DNA of 37,742 nucleotides from NCBI GenBank assembly GCA_005239945.1, contig SBAY01000102.1, positions 1 through 37,742 of the forward strand. Reading direction: 5' to 3'. The DNA is from Nitrospira sp. (GTDB lineage: Bacteria; UBA9089; CG2-30-40-21; SBAY01). The notes below the pieces were generated by a model that was not told the origin of the DNA, did no database searches, and was given only the letters and a program-made list of their open reading frames with translations. Positions 19,109 to 28,799 of the stretch are shown in pieces (position 1 is the stretch's first letter; the number at the start of each line of letters is the position of its first letter). The translations under genes were made by a program, and so were the position numbers.

Positions 19109-20428
19109 TCATAACAAGTATCTTCTTAACCGAATATTTAAGAGTATCCCTATGGAGACCATCGTAATAAAGAGCGAAGAACCTCCATAACTTACCAAAG
19201 GAAGTGTTAAGCCTGTTACCGGCATTATCCCTAAAGATATACCCACATTCAAAAAGACCTGAACCGCAAGCATCGTTACTATGCCTGCGGCCAATAAGCA
19301 ACCAAAGGTATCCCTTGAGGAAAAAGCAATAGATACACCTCGATAGATAATGACCAAAAAAAGGAATAATAGAATACTGGCACCTATAAATCCTAATTCC
19401 TCTCCTATGACCGAGAAAATAAAGTCTGATTGCCGTTCTGGCAAAAATCCCAGTTGACTTTGTGTCCCATGAAAAAGCCCCTTGCCAACTAACTTACCTG
19501 AGCCTATGGCAATCTTAGACTGATTGATATTATAACCGGCACTTAAAGGGTCAATCCCGGGGTCAATAAATACTACCAGCCGTTTCCTTTGATAATCCTT
19601 TAAAAATCCATCTGCCATTAAAGAAACAGTCAGGCTGACAGCAATAATGACAAAGATCAATCCAAAGACAGTAAATCGAATATTCTTTCTAAATAATTTT
19701 AAAATATAGTATGAACCTACCATAATTCCAAGCAAACAAATTAACAAGATAGCGGAATATTTAATGGAACTGATCCATGTATGTAAGAAATACAGAACAC
19801 TGGTGTTATGAATGGCATGAACATTCCCCCAACTTAAAAATAAAGTAAAGATTATAATTAAAATACTTATAGAAATCAAGGTGACCAAATAAACCTGTTT
19901 GGCACCTGTAATATAAAGCATGACGATAATTACTGGAAGAAAAACTAAGGTCGTGCCCAAATCAGGCTGCATGAGAATGAGTAAGACAGGTAGAGCAACT
20001 AATGTCGTTGGATAAATGAATTCGGAAATAGTCGTTAATCCTTCTCGTTTTGTGGATAGATATTCAGCTATGATAATAATGGTAGCTAATTTAGCAAATT
20101 CCGATGGCTGGAATGAAAAAGAACCTATAACTAACCAACTTCTGGCAGAACGAATCAAGGGCCCCCCAAACAAGACAAAGACTAATAAAAATATAGCTAA
20201 GATATAGATTATTCGGGAATATTTACCTAATAATTGATAATCGAATAGAACCGTACTCATTAACCCTAACAGCCCTATCCCAAACCAGAGGACTTGTTTA
20301 TACCACAGGACATTGCCTTCTAAGCTTTGAGTAGCACTATAAATTACAAGTATCCCTAAAAAAATAATTAGAAGCATCCCGATGAAGAGGACATAATCAA
20401 ATCCCCTTCTTAAGCTATAATTGAGCAT
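19109..20428 (-). CDS. rodA: Rod shape-determining protein RodA
   Basis: FQPSEFAK, QPDLGT, GYN..QSKIAIGSG, LPE..DFIFS..GEE.G, P.TG.TLP.VSYGGSS; start at ATG 20428 behind AGAGGT. Confidence 0.95.
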   Translation of the reverse strand: MLNYSLRRGFDYVLFIGMLLIIFLGILVIYSATQSLEGNVLWYKQVLWFGIGLLGLMSTVLFDYQLLGKYSRIIYILAIFLLVFVLFGGPLIRSARSWLVIGSFSFQPSEFAKLATIIIIAEYLSTKREGLTTISEFIYPTTLVALPVLLILMQPDLGTTLVFLPVIIVMLYITGAKQVYLVTLISISILIIIFTLFLSWGNVHAIHNTSVLYFLHTWISSIKYSAILLICLLGIMVGSYYILKLFRKNIRFTVFGLIFVIIAVSLTVSLMADGFLKDYQRKRLVVFIDPGIDPLSAGYNINQSKIAIGSGKLVGKGLFHGTQSQLGFLPERQSDFIFSVIGEELGFIGASILLFLFLVIIYRGVSIAFSSRDTFGCLLAAGIVTMLAVQVFLNVGISLGIMPVTGLTLPLVSYGGSSLFITMVSIGILLNIRLRRYLL

Positions 20429-20444
20429 AATCTTACCTCTTATG

Positions 20445-20513
20445 GAATTTTCGATTTTCGATTTTCGATTTTCGATTGAGGATATAAGACCCCTCAATCC
20501 AAAATCCAAAATC
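20445..20513. repeat. Intergenic hairpin, TTTTCGA/AAAATCC 7-mer family
   Basis: (TTTTCGA)x4 TTGAGG...CCTCAATCCAAAATCCAAAATC between mrdA and rodA. Confidence 0.9.
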
Positions 20514-20523
20514 ATTATCACCG

Positions 20524-22323
20524 TTATTCCTCTTTTTCTTGTTTTTCTTCTTTAAACATAGACCAATCTATTTGTTCTAAAATTCTTCTGGCTACCGGGA
20601 CAGCCTCTATGCCTCCTTTGCCTCCATGTTCGACAACAACCGAAATAACTACCTTAGGGGATTCCACTGGAGCAAAGCACAAGAATAAGGCATGGTCTTC
20701 TCCAGTAGGATTTTGCACCGTCCCTGTTTTGCCGGCTATTCTAAGATTTGGGAGATATGCATTTCGTCCGGTACCATTAATCACAACACGCTCTAACCCT
20801 TCAAATAACACCTTTTGGGTCTGCTGTGATAAGGATATAATTTTCTTTACCCAGGGATTAAATACCTTTATATTTCCAGAGGAATCTATCATTCGTTTGA
20901 CTAATCGCGGGGTATAGACATGTCCTCCATTGACAATGACACTTAAAACATGAGCTAACTGTAATGGGGTAGTTAAAACAAACCCCTGTCCAATACTCAG
21001 AATAAGTGTATCTCCACCATACCATGATTTTCCATATCTTTTCTTTTTCCAATCACGTGTAGGGATTAACCCTGCGGCTTCGGAGGGAAGATCAATCCCT
21101 GTCTTAGCGCCTAATCCTACCTCCATAGCAAACTTCGAGATTTTATCTGCACCTAACTTATAACCTACTTGATAGAAAAAGATATTACAAGAGTGAGCCA
21201 GGGCATCTAGAATATTCATATCACCGTGTTTTTCTCGATGATAGCAAATAAATCTTTGATTTCCCAGCCAGTATATACCACCACAGGAATGTGTAGAGTC
21301 CTCTTTTATAATTTCCTTCTCTAAGGCACAGGCCGCTACAACAACCTTAAAAACAGAACCCGGGGGATATAATGCCTGAATACCACGATTAAGTAATGGA
21401 TAGCGTCTATCGGCGAATATCCTATTAGCCTGTTGCGGGGTCATATGTCTTAAGAAGATATTTGGGTCAAAACTCGGTTTACTCACCATGGCTAATATTT
21501 CACCATTATTAGGATTCATAATGACAATTGCCCCTGATTTTTCACCCAGGGCATCACTGGCTATTTCCTGTAATTGACGGTCAAGGGTTAAAACTAAATT
21601 ATTACCCGGTATAGGTTCCATATCACCTAAAACCTGCAATTGTCTCCCTCTGGCATCAACCTCGATTTGCTTTCCGCCATCCTTTCCCCTTAAGAATATA
21701 TCATAATATTCCTCTATCCCTGATTTACCAATCGAATCACCATATTTATATCCTTCAGCGTGTTTTTTTACCAATTCTTCCCGGCTGATTTCACCCAGAT
21801 AGCCTAAGATATGGGCACTCATAGTTCCATAAGGATAATATCGTTTTGGATTAACCTGAATGATAATACCCGGTAACTCTGTGGTTCGCTCAGCTACCCT
21901 GGTTAAAGTCTGGCGGTCAACATCCGGAATAATTATCATTGGCTCAAACGGTCGGTTTTTTTTAGCTAAAATTTTCTCCTTGACCTCTTCTAAATCAATT
22001 TCTACTATCTTTTTTAACTTGAGCAGGGTTTGTAATATCTCCTGTTCCGAAAGTCCTAATTGAATTATCGAGATGTCAAATGAAGGGACATCCTGGGCTA
22101 ACACCTGACCATTTCTATCATAGATCATCCCCCTGGAGGAAGTAATGGGTATCAGTCGAATGCGATTATTTTCCGATACCTTCCGATAATAACCCCCTTT
22201 TATTATCTGCAAATAACTTATTCTAACAATCAATATCATAAAGGAGATGATGATAATTATAGTTAATCGAACAAGTCTTTGCCGAAGGTTTTCTAATTCA
22301 GTTTGAGTAGGTTCGATTTGCAT
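20524..22323 (-). CDS. mrdA: Penicillin-binding protein 2
   Basis: RG.IYDRNG, YPPGSVFK (SxxK), SCN, KTGT; between mreD and rodA. Confidence 0.95.
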   Translation of the reverse strand: MQIEPTQTELENLRQRLVRLTIIIIISFMILIVRISYLQIIKGGYYRKVSENNRIRLIPITSSRGMIYDRNGQVLAQDVPSFDISIIQLGLSEQEILQTLLKLKKIVEIDLEEVKEKILAKKNRPFEPMIIIPDVDRQTLTRVAERTTELPGIIIQVNPKRYYPYGTMSAHILGYLGEISREELVKKHAEGYKYGDSIGKSGIEEYYDIFLRGKDGGKQIEVDARGRQLQVLGDMEPIPGNNLVLTLDRQLQEIASDALGEKSGAIVIMNPNNGEILAMVSKPSFDPNIFLRHMTPQQANRIFADRRYPLLNRGIQALYPPGSVFKVVVAACALEKEIIKEDSTHSCGGIYWLGNQRFICYHREKHGDMNILDALAHSCNIFFYQVGYKLGADKISKFAMEVGLGAKTGIDLPSEAAGLIPTRDWKKKRYGKSWYGGDTLILSIGQGFVLTTPLQLAHVLSVIVNGGHVYTPRLVKRMIDSSGNIKVFNPWVKKIISLSQQTQKVLFEGLERVVINGTGRNAYLPNLRIAGKTGTVQNPTGEDHALFLCFAPVESPKVVISVVVEHGGKGGIEAVPVARRILEQIDWSMFKEEKQEKEE

Positions 22324-22344
22324 AAGTATTCTCCTATTAATTGT

Positions 22345-22386
22345 TTATAGGACTTATAACTCTTATAGAACATATAAGTCCTATAA
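22345..22386. repeat. Empty 9-mer TATAGGACT hairpin
   Basis: TTATAGGACTTATA ... TATAAGTCCTATAA perfect 14-bp stem between mreD and mrdA. Confidence 0.85.
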
Positions 22387-22391
22387 TTCGC

Positions 22392-22856
22392 TTACCCTGT
22401 TTTTACCTTCCGAATTATAGGAAAGATAAGTATCCCCAGTAAGGTATTATAAAGGGCGATAAAAAGGCATCTATTTATTGTGGAAATTCCTAACATGCTT
22501 ATGGTTGATTGGAATGTAAAGATTAATAGGGATTGAATAAGGGTAAATATAAAAATCGACAGGGATATTGAAATCAAATTTTCTGCATAAACCTTTTTAA
22601 TATTACTGGTTATCAAACCAGTAATTAACTTGGTAAAGGCATTAATTCCAAAATTAATACCTGAAGAACTATCCTGCAAGATTCCCGCAATAAAACCTAT
22701 TAATCCTGATTCGAATGTGGAGTGGTTAAAGGAAAAAATGATGATGATAACCAACAGTAAATCAGGTTTTATTTCATAAATAGTTAAAATATTACCACAA
22801 ACCGTTTGGATGACTAAAGTTAAGATAATTATACCTAACCAAATTATCCAGTACAC
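22392..22856 (-). CDS. mreD: Rod shape-determining protein MreD
   Basis: Hydrophobic, PDLLL and G...GF.AG..QD motifs; operon position. Confidence 0.88.
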   Translation of the reverse strand: MYWIIWLGIIILTLVIQTVCGNILTIYEIKPDLLLVIIIIFSFNHSTFESGLIGFIAGILQDSSSGINFGINAFTKLITGLITSNIKKVYAENLISISLSIFIFTLIQSLLIFTFQSTISMLGISTINRCLFIALYNTLLGILIFPIIRKVKTG

Positions 22857-22912
22857 TCAATAATTCCCTCTACCATTTTTAAAATATGAGATATGGATTA
22901 CCTCATCACCAT

Positions 22913-23018
22913 GAATAAAATAGGTTATCACTTATCGGTGATCAGGTTATCGGTAAGGAAAACACAATAATCGGTTGCTTCTAATTACCGATTACTGACT
23001 ACCTGATTACCGACTACC
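22913..23018. repeat. Intergenic hairpin, GGTTATC/GATTACC family
   Basis: GAATAAAATAGGTTATC..ATCGGTAAGGAAAACACAATAATCGGTTG..TTACCGATTAC..; supplies mreC stop; near copy at 26363-26597. Confidence 0.85.
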
Positions 23019-23867
23019 GCTCTCCTGCTCTGAGGCACAAGGGAGTTCTTTGTTTATAACTACGAGGACCTCTTCCAACTTAGAGAATTTAACGAATGGC
23101 AGGATATCCACTTCACGGAATAGCCCGCGGTCTTTTAATCCCACATGCACCACATAGCCAATAAATAATCCCTTTTGAAAAACTTCGCCATCTCCTGAGG
23201 TAACTACAATATCATTTTTAACTACATCTGCATCATAGGGTAGATATTTTAATTTACCGAATCTATAATTATCCCCTTCTATGACACCTTTTTCTTTAGA
23301 GCGTAGGATTTGAGCACCAATCATACTGTTCTGGTCATTAAGAAGTAAAACTGTGGCGGAATGGTTTTCTACTTCGATTACTCTCCCAACCAATCCTTCT
23401 TTTCCATCCTGATAGGTGACCACAGGAGCCAATTTATATATCCCCTCTTTTTTGCCCTTATCGATAATAATTGTATTAGCCCAGTTACTTGGGTCATAGC
23501 TAATAACCCTTGCGGCGATACTCTGATACGGAAGACGGTCTTTATATTCCAATAGTTTTTTAAGCCTTCTGTTTTCACTTATTGCCTCCTGCCATTCTTT
23601 GCGTTCAAGTGAAAATCTTCTTATTTCCTCTTTGAATTTTCGATTTTCAAGCCTGACTGATTGAATTTCATTAATGGCTGAGAAGAAGTCTTTTATCCCG
23701 TATTTTATTTGAAAAACTATGAGTTGAAAGGGAAGTAAGGCATTCATAATTCCCCGTTTTAAATATCCCGTGGACAAAGAGATATGAGTAGTCATCAAAA
23801 GAATAGAAACAGAAAGCAAAATAATCACAATATTAGTTCTGGCATGTCTCCAAAAGAAACTCGTCAT
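23007..23867 (-). CDS. mreC: Rod shape-determining protein MreC
   Basis: TM, coiled coil EN.RLK.LL, IDKG...G, GLVGRV, D.VVTSG....F.KG..IG. Confidence 0.93.
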   Translation of the reverse strand: MTSFFWRHARTNIVIILLSVSILLMTTHISLSTGYLKRGIMNALLPFQLIVFQIKYGIKDFFSAINEIQSVRLENRKFKEEIRRFSLERKEWQEAISENRRLKKLLEYKDRLPYQSIAARVISYDPSNWANTIIIDKGKKEGIYKLAPVVTYQDGKEGLVGRVIEVENHSATVLLLNDQNSMIGAQILRSKEKGVIEGDNYRFGKLKYLPYDADVVKNDIVVTSGDGEVFQKGLFIGYVVHVGLKDRGLFREVDILPFVKFSKLEEVLVVINKELPCASEQESGSR

Positions 23868-23902
23868 CAGAATTCATTTCACTCCTTCGGGGGCAAGTAG
23901 AC

Positions 23903-23947
23903 AGGTAATCGGTTATCAGGTAAGTATTTACCGATAACCCATTACCT
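23903..23947. repeat. Intergenic hairpin, GGTAATC/GGTTATC family
   Basis: AGGTAATCGGTTATCAGGTAAGTATTTACCGATAACCCATTACCT between mreB and mreC. Confidence 0.85.
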
Positions 23948-23954
23948 TCCCTAT

Positions 23955-25031
23955 TTAACTACCTTCTTCTCCTTTTCTAAGTGATTCAGTGGACCATCTT
24001 ATCCCCCCTTTTTTTCGTGCCCGTTGTAAATTTCTTAATTCATCCAGATATCTACCTGTTCCAATAACTACACATCGCAATGGGTCATCAGATAAGACAA
24101 CAGGTAATCTTGTTTCTTGAGAAAGTAGTCTGTCTAATTCTCGTAATAGAGCCCCACCCCCTGTTAGAACTATACCTCGGTCAACAATATCTGAGGCAAG
24201 TTCCGGAGGGGTCTCTTCTAAGGCAGTTTTAACTACCTCAACAATAAAACTAATCGGTTCTTTTAATGCCTCGCGAACCTCTTCTGATGTGATTCTAAGT
24301 GTTCTTGGTAATCCTGTCATCGTATCCCGGCCTTTTATTTCCATCGATTGCTCTTCTGGTAAGGGATAGGCAGATCCAATTTTAATCTTAAGATCCTCTG
24401 CAGTGCGTTCTCCAATTAAAAGTGAATGGGTTTTTTTAGTATACTGGATCAATGCCTCATCCATTTCATTGCCGGCAATACGAATAGATTTACTGACCAC
24501 CATTCCTCCCAGAGAGATAACCGCTACCTCTGTTGTTCCACCACCTATATCGACAATCATATTTCCAGCCGGTTCATAGACCTGAATATTAGAACCAATA
24601 GCCGCCGCCATAGGTTCTTCAATCAAAAATACCTCTCTTGCCCCAGCCTGTTCTGCGGCTTCCCTGACTGCTCGTCTTTCTACCTCAGTTATTCCAGATG
24701 GAACACCAATGACAATTCGAGGTCGAACTAATGCCTTGCGATTATGCACCTTAGTAATAAAATGTCTAATCATCCGCTCGGTAATCTCAAAATCTGCAAT
24801 TACCCCATCCCTCAATGGTCTAATAGCAATAATATCACCAGGTGTGCGACCTAACATCCGTTTAGCCTCTTCTCCGATAGCTAAAACGGTTCTTGATTCT
24901 CGATCAATAGCCACCACCGATGGTTCAGAAAGCACAATCCCTACATCTTTTACATGAACTAATGTATTGGCTGTCCCTAAGTCTATACCAATATCATTGG
25001 AAAACAAACCAAGTAAGTTATTAAATAGCAT
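23955..25031 (-). CDS. mreB: Rod shape-determining protein MreB
   Basis: [46 protein letters not shown]. Confidence 0.98.
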   Translation of the reverse strand: MLFNNLLGLFSNDIGIDLGTANTLVHVKDVGIVLSEPSVVAIDRESRTVLAIGEEAKRMLGRTPGDIIAIRPLRDGVIADFEITERMIRHFITKVHNRKALVRPRIVIGVPSGITEVERRAVREAAEQAGAREVFLIEEPMAAAIGSNIQVYEPAGNMIVDIGGGTTEVAVISLGGMVVSKSIRIAGNEMDEALIQYTKKTHSLLIGERTAEDLKIKIGSAYPLPEEQSMEIKGRDTMTGLPRTLRITSEEVREALKEPISFIVEVVKTALEETPPELASDIVDRGIVLTGGGALLRELDRLLSQETRLPVVLSDDPLRCVVIGTGRYLDELRNLQRARKKGGIRWSTESLRKGEEGS

Positions 25032-25053
25032 TATTTACCACCCCTTCTTTATA

Positions 25054-25146
25054 AAAATTAAAAATTATGAATTAAAAATTAAAAATTGAGGAATTACGAA
25101 TTAAAATTCCTCAATTTTTAATTTTTAATTCATAATTTTTAATTTT
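25054..25146. repeat. Intergenic hairpin, AATTAAA family, copy 2
   Basis: Perfect 42-bp stem with 9-nt loop, in the predicted mreB 5' leader. Confidence 0.95.
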
Positions 25147-25158
25147 GTGTCCTGATAT

Positions 25159-25187
25159 ACTATACCAAAAATAGCGTTAGTTGTCAA
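25159..25187 (-). promoter_or_regulatory. Sigma70 promoter for mre operon
   Basis: Minus strand TTGACA-17nt-TATAGT with TG extension. Confidence 0.7.
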
Positions 25188-26129
25188 TTAAAATCTTTTC
25201 ATCTTTTTCTCTAAATCATCTAATTCTGCCCTGGCCTCTTTATTTTTAGGATTTAACTTTAGCGCACTCTTTAGTTCCCTGGCGGCTAATTCTAAATCCC
25301 CTTGTTTTTTATAAATCTTACCTAATTGATAATGGGCTATTTCTGAGGCACGATCTAATTTAAGAATGGTTTTATATTCATCTTTAGCATGTTCTATTAG
25401 ACCCTGTTGATAATAAATCTCCCCCAATACCGCCAAAATTTTAATGTTAAGGTCTTTATCTAAATTGGGTATCGTCACCGCATTACGGAAGGCCACAATA
25501 GCATTACTGGGCATTCCTTTTACCTTATATACCCAGCCTAAGTTATACCAGGCGGCAACATCATTTGGATTGATTGCCTTGGCTCGCATATATTCATCGA
25601 TGGCATCATCGAATAACCCTTTTTTAAAGTAGATATGCCCTAAATAAATATGTGTCTCCGCTGTCTCGAATTTCGCTTGTAATGATTTTTTTAATTCATC
25701 TTCAGCCTGGGCATAATAATCTTTATTATTTGAATATTTACTTAACTTAAAATAGGCTATCCCCAGGTGATACCGACTTTGAGGTGAAATCTTTCCACCT
25801 TCATCCAGTTTAATGGCATTTTGATAATATTTAATACTCTCCTTTAATAAACTATATGTTTCTTCCTCATCCTTTTTGAGTTCCGCCTCTAATGCCTTCT
25901 GATAACAATCCTCCCCTAAGGAAATATATGCCTCAATATTAGCCGGGTCCTTCTCTAATATCCTTTTATACTTTAAAATTGTATCTTCCTGGGGGGCAGG
26001 ACTTCTACTTATACCTAAAAAGATAAGGATAACGAAGATAAGCAGGAAGATTATTTTTATAATAAATTTATGTCCCTGGGGCTTACTTCGATAAATACTT
26101 TTCCTTCTACCTGGACTATATACTCTCAT
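25188..26129 (-). CDS. Membrane-anchored tetratricopeptide repeat protein
   Basis: N-terminal TM then repeated TPR units (AYISLG, HIYLGHIY..KG...A...Y..A..INP, AWYNLG). Confidence 0.9.
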   Translation of the reverse strand: MRVYSPGRRKSIYRSKPQGHKFIIKIIFLLIFVILIFLGISRSPAPQEDTILKYKRILEKDPANIEAYISLGEDCYQKALEAELKKDEEETYSLLKESIKYYQNAIKLDEGGKISPQSRYHLGIAYFKLSKYSNNKDYYAQAEDELKKSLQAKFETAETHIYLGHIYFKKGLFDDAIDEYMRAKAINPNDVAAWYNLGWVYKVKGMPSNAIVAFRNAVTIPNLDKDLNIKILAVLGEIYYQQGLIEHAKDEYKTILKLDRASEIAHYQLGKIYKKQGDLELAARELKSALKLNPKNKEARAELDDLEKKMKRF

Positions 26130-26141
26130 CTTTACCTCTAC

Positions 26142-26336
26142 GTCACCGTTCAGGTTGTTTAGGCTATAGGCTGTAGACTGTTAGCTATTGAGTATTGTCC
26201 ACCCAAAATCTTCTCGTTTCCCATGTTTTTGAGTCGTAATCAAAACCGTGGTTATCAAATCCCTGAGTTTCATATCATCTCACATACTTCCGCCCTACAG
26301 CCTGAATGCCTACAGTCTATCTACCTGAACGGTTAC
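26142..26336. mobile_element. MITE copy 2 (195 bp)
   Basis: TIR GTCACCGTTCAGGT/ACCTGAACGGTTAC; perfect 8-bp TSD ACCTCTAC (26134-41, 26337-44), which contains the TPR gene RBS. Confidence 0.92.
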
Positions 26337-26374
26337 ACCTCTACCAGGCAAGCCTGATTGCAGAATAAAATAGG

Positions 26375-26545
26375 GTAACCGTTCACGCCACCAAGACACT
26401 AAGACACCAAGATTACAGAAATAACTGGGGTCTGCTCGTTTGGTAGTTTGTAAATCATATGCCAGTAGACTACCAGGCAACAGACCACCAGCCTACTAAT
26501 TTATTATTCCTTTGTGTCTTTGTGCCTTAGTGGCTGAACGCTTAC
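26375..26545. mobile_element. MITE, same TIR family but different interior (171 bp)
   Basis: GTAACCGTTCA...TGAACGCTTAC; perfect 8-bp TSD AAAATAGG; interior CACCAAGACACTAAGA / CTTTGTGTCTTTGTGCCTTAGTGGC arms. Confidence 0.9.
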
Positions 26546-26640
26546 AAAATAGGTTCTCGGTAAGGAAAACGCAATAATCGGTTGTTACCGATTACCTTAT
26601 TCCCTCCTCCCTTACTTCTGACAATACCACATAATAACTA

Positions 26641-26710
26641 ACTATACCATAAGTTTAATGATATGTCAATTAAAATTAGTCATTGACAATAGAAAAAAAT
26701 ATGGTATAAT
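26641..26710. promoter_or_regulatory. Back-to-back divergent sigma70 promoters (TPR gene / diguanylate cyclase)
   Basis: Minus: TTGACA(26669-64)-17-TATAGT; plus: TTGACA(26683-88)-16-TATAAT; both preceded by TGG. Confidence 0.72.
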
Positions 26711-26729
26711 GGTAAGAAGAAGGTGGAAA

Positions 26730-26792
26730 GGTAGGGAAATGGGTTATGGGTAACATACTTACCTGATTACCGATTACCAGTTTCCGATTACC
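26730..26792. repeat. Intergenic hairpin, GGTAATC family (inverted near-copy of 23903-23947)
   Basis: AATGGGTTATGGGTAACATACTTACCTGATTACCGATTACC. Confidence 0.8.
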
Positions 26793-26811
26793 AAAACAAA
26801 AGGAGGTTGGG

Positions 26812-26908
26812 TAATTAAAAATTATGAATTAAAAATTAAAAATTGAGGAAAGGGAAAATCATAAGTTCTTTTTCCTTTCCTCAATTTTTAATTCATAATT
26901 TTTAATTA
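26812..26908. repeat. Intergenic hairpin, AATTAAA family, copy 3
   Basis: Same left arm as copies 1 and 2, different loop, followed by TATGAGGAGG RBS. Confidence 0.93.
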
Positions 26909-26926
26909 TATGAGGAGGGTTGAAAA

Positions 26927-28546
26927 ATGTATTTGAATTTTCCACAACGAATGATAAAAATTGCCAATAAAACTCGCTGGTTGATAATTCTTTTGGTTTT
27001 ATTGGTCATTAAACTTTTTCCACAACCAGGAATAGATTATTCTCAAGTCTATTTTCTTATTGTTTTAGCCGCCATCTACAACATTTTAGTTAAATTTATC
27101 ACCTGGCAGGACAAATGGAAAAATGGTAAAGGCCACCAGATATGTCATGCCGAAAGCACCCTGGATATTGTCTTTATTACGGGCATTATCTACTTAACCG
27201 AGGGACTGCAAAGTGATTTCTTCCTGCTTTATTTTATAGTCATTATGTTTGCCTCAACCTATTACAAACCTATAAAATGTTTCCTGATAACTATCTGTAT
27301 AACCTTACTCTATGTTTTGATTGGGGTTTTAACCGAACCATCATACCGGGTAATTTTATCTACTCTTTTAAGTAAAATTCCACTTCTATTTGCTATCACA
27401 GGGGTGAGTATTTATTTTTCCCAGGAGATTAAAATTCAAAGTGAAGAATTAGAATTGGAAAGGGAAAAACTTGATAATCTTCTGCAGAGACTTAAAGGAA
27501 ATTTAAAAGAAATTGACAAAAAAAACAGGATGTTGAATGAAATCTATAATCTTTCTTTGAAGATAGGTAGAAGTTTAAGTTTAGAAGAGGAGTTGGATAT
27601 TATTATTGATGTGACCAGGAAATTTTTAAAGACAGATTTTACCGTAATTAACTTAGTTGATGAAAAAAGCAAGGAATTAAAATTTAAGGTAATTAAAGGG
27701 AATTTATCGGCAGAAATTTTTTATGCCGACAGGGGAAAGATAGAAGATAGTTTATTAGGGAAGGTAATTAAAACGAATGAGCCTTTAGTTATCGAGGATT
27801 TGAATAAACCCGAATTTCAGGATTACTCTTACCTGATAAACAAGAAAATATCTTCTTTGCTTTTGGTTCCTTTGAATATTCAGGAAAAAACGATAGGTGT
27901 TTTTATTTGTGGATATTCTCAACCAATGGAACTCAAAGAGGATGAACTCCAATTTTTAATCCTGATTAGTTCTCGAGCCAGCCTGTCAATAAATAACGCC
28001 CAGTTACATGAAGAAATAAGGAGATTATCTATCACTGATGGCCTGACAGGACTCTATAATTACCGCTATTTTCAGGAAACCTTAACCAAAGAAATACAAA
28101 AATGCAAAAGACTCAATCAGATTTTATCCTTACTGATGATAGATATTGATCATTTCAAGGATTTTAATGATACCTTTGGACATCAGGAAGGGGATGCTTT
28201 ATTACAGCGATTAGCTATGCTCTTGAATTTCCAGATTCGGCAAACAGATATAATTGCCCGTTATGGAGGAGAAGAATTTGTCATTATTGTTCCAGGAACC
28301 ACCAATGAAAATGCCCTTTTGTTAGGGGAACGAATAAGAAAAGAGGTAGAAGAAAATATATTTACCCCGGAGGATAAATATCGGCTGGAACCCACCTTAC
28401 CGGTAACTATAAGCGTAGGAATAGCCACATTTCCTAACGATGCGGTCAATCAAAAAGTTTTGATTGCGTGTGCAGACAATGCCCTTTATGAGGCTAAAAG
28501 AACAGGGAGAAATAAGGTAGTTGCTCATTATAAATCAGAAATTTAG
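26927..28546 (+). CDS. Membrane-bound GAF-GGDEF diguanylate cyclase
   Basis: N-terminal TMs, GAF, TDGLTGLYN, DIDHFK.FND.FGH..GD, RQTD I-site, RYGGEEF. Confidence 0.94.
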   Translation: MYLNFPQRMIKIANKTRWLIILLVLLVIKLFPQPGIDYSQVYFLIVLAAIYNILVKFITWQDKWKNGKGHQICHAESTLDIVFITGIIYLTEGLQSDFFLLYFIVIMFASTYYKPIKCFLITICITLLYVLIGVLTEPSYRVILSTLLSKIPLLFAITGVSIYFSQEIKIQSEELELEREKLDNLLQRLKGNLKEIDKKNRMLNEIYNLSLKIGRSLSLEEELDIIIDVTRKFLKTDFTVINLVDEKSKELKFKVIKGNLSAEIFYADRGKIEDSLLGKVIKTNEPLVIEDLNKPEFQDYSYLINKKISSLLLVPLNIQEKTIGVFICGYSQPMELKEDELQFLILISSRASLSINNAQLHEEIRRLSITDGLTGLYNYRYFQETLTKEIQKCKRLNQILSLLMIDIDHFKDFNDTFGHQEGDALLQRLAMLLNFQIRQTDIIARYGGEEFVIIVPGTTNENALLLGERIRKEVEENIFTPEDKYRLEPTLPVTISVGIATFPNDAVNQKVLIACADNALYEAKRTGRNKVVAHYKSEI

Positions 28547-28653
28547 GTAGAGGTAAAGTATCATTCATTAGAATTTTTGAGAGTTACGATAATCTTGTTT
28601 AAAGCGTTATCTAGTTTTAGGAGTCGGCCTTTACCTCTACCTTTACCTCTACT
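28545..28653. repeat. Intergenic hairpin, GGTAGA/GGTAAA 6-mer family
   Basis: AGGTAGAGGTAAAG ... CTTTACCTCTACCTTTACCTCTAC. Confidence 0.8.
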
Positions 28654-28695
28654 TTTAGGGAGGTGAAAACCAAAAATGCAAAAAAGGAGAAAGAT

Positions 28696-28775
28696 GAAAT
28701 TCGATATTAGAAATTAGAAATTGTGGAAAGAGATAAAACGAGAAGTCCTAATTTCTAATTTCCAATTTCTAATTT
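28696..28775. repeat. Intergenic hairpin, AAATTAG 7-mer family
   Basis: GAAATTCGATATTAGAAATTAGAAATT ... CTAATTTCTAATTTCCAATTTCTAATTT. Confidence 0.85.
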
Positions 28776-28799
28776 TAGCAAGAAATCACAGGAAAAACG

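Noticed and set aside
20429-20521. N-terminal extension of RodA in the ORF track
   Set aside because: It is translation through a stop-free heptamer hairpin (IENRKSKIEN); a good RBS precedes ATG 20428
8506-25146. Calling the hairpins Rho-independent terminators
   Set aside because: Most lie inside apparent operons or 5' leaders, have long or AT-rich stems and lack a consistent U-tract; those between convergent genes may still terminate transcription incidentally
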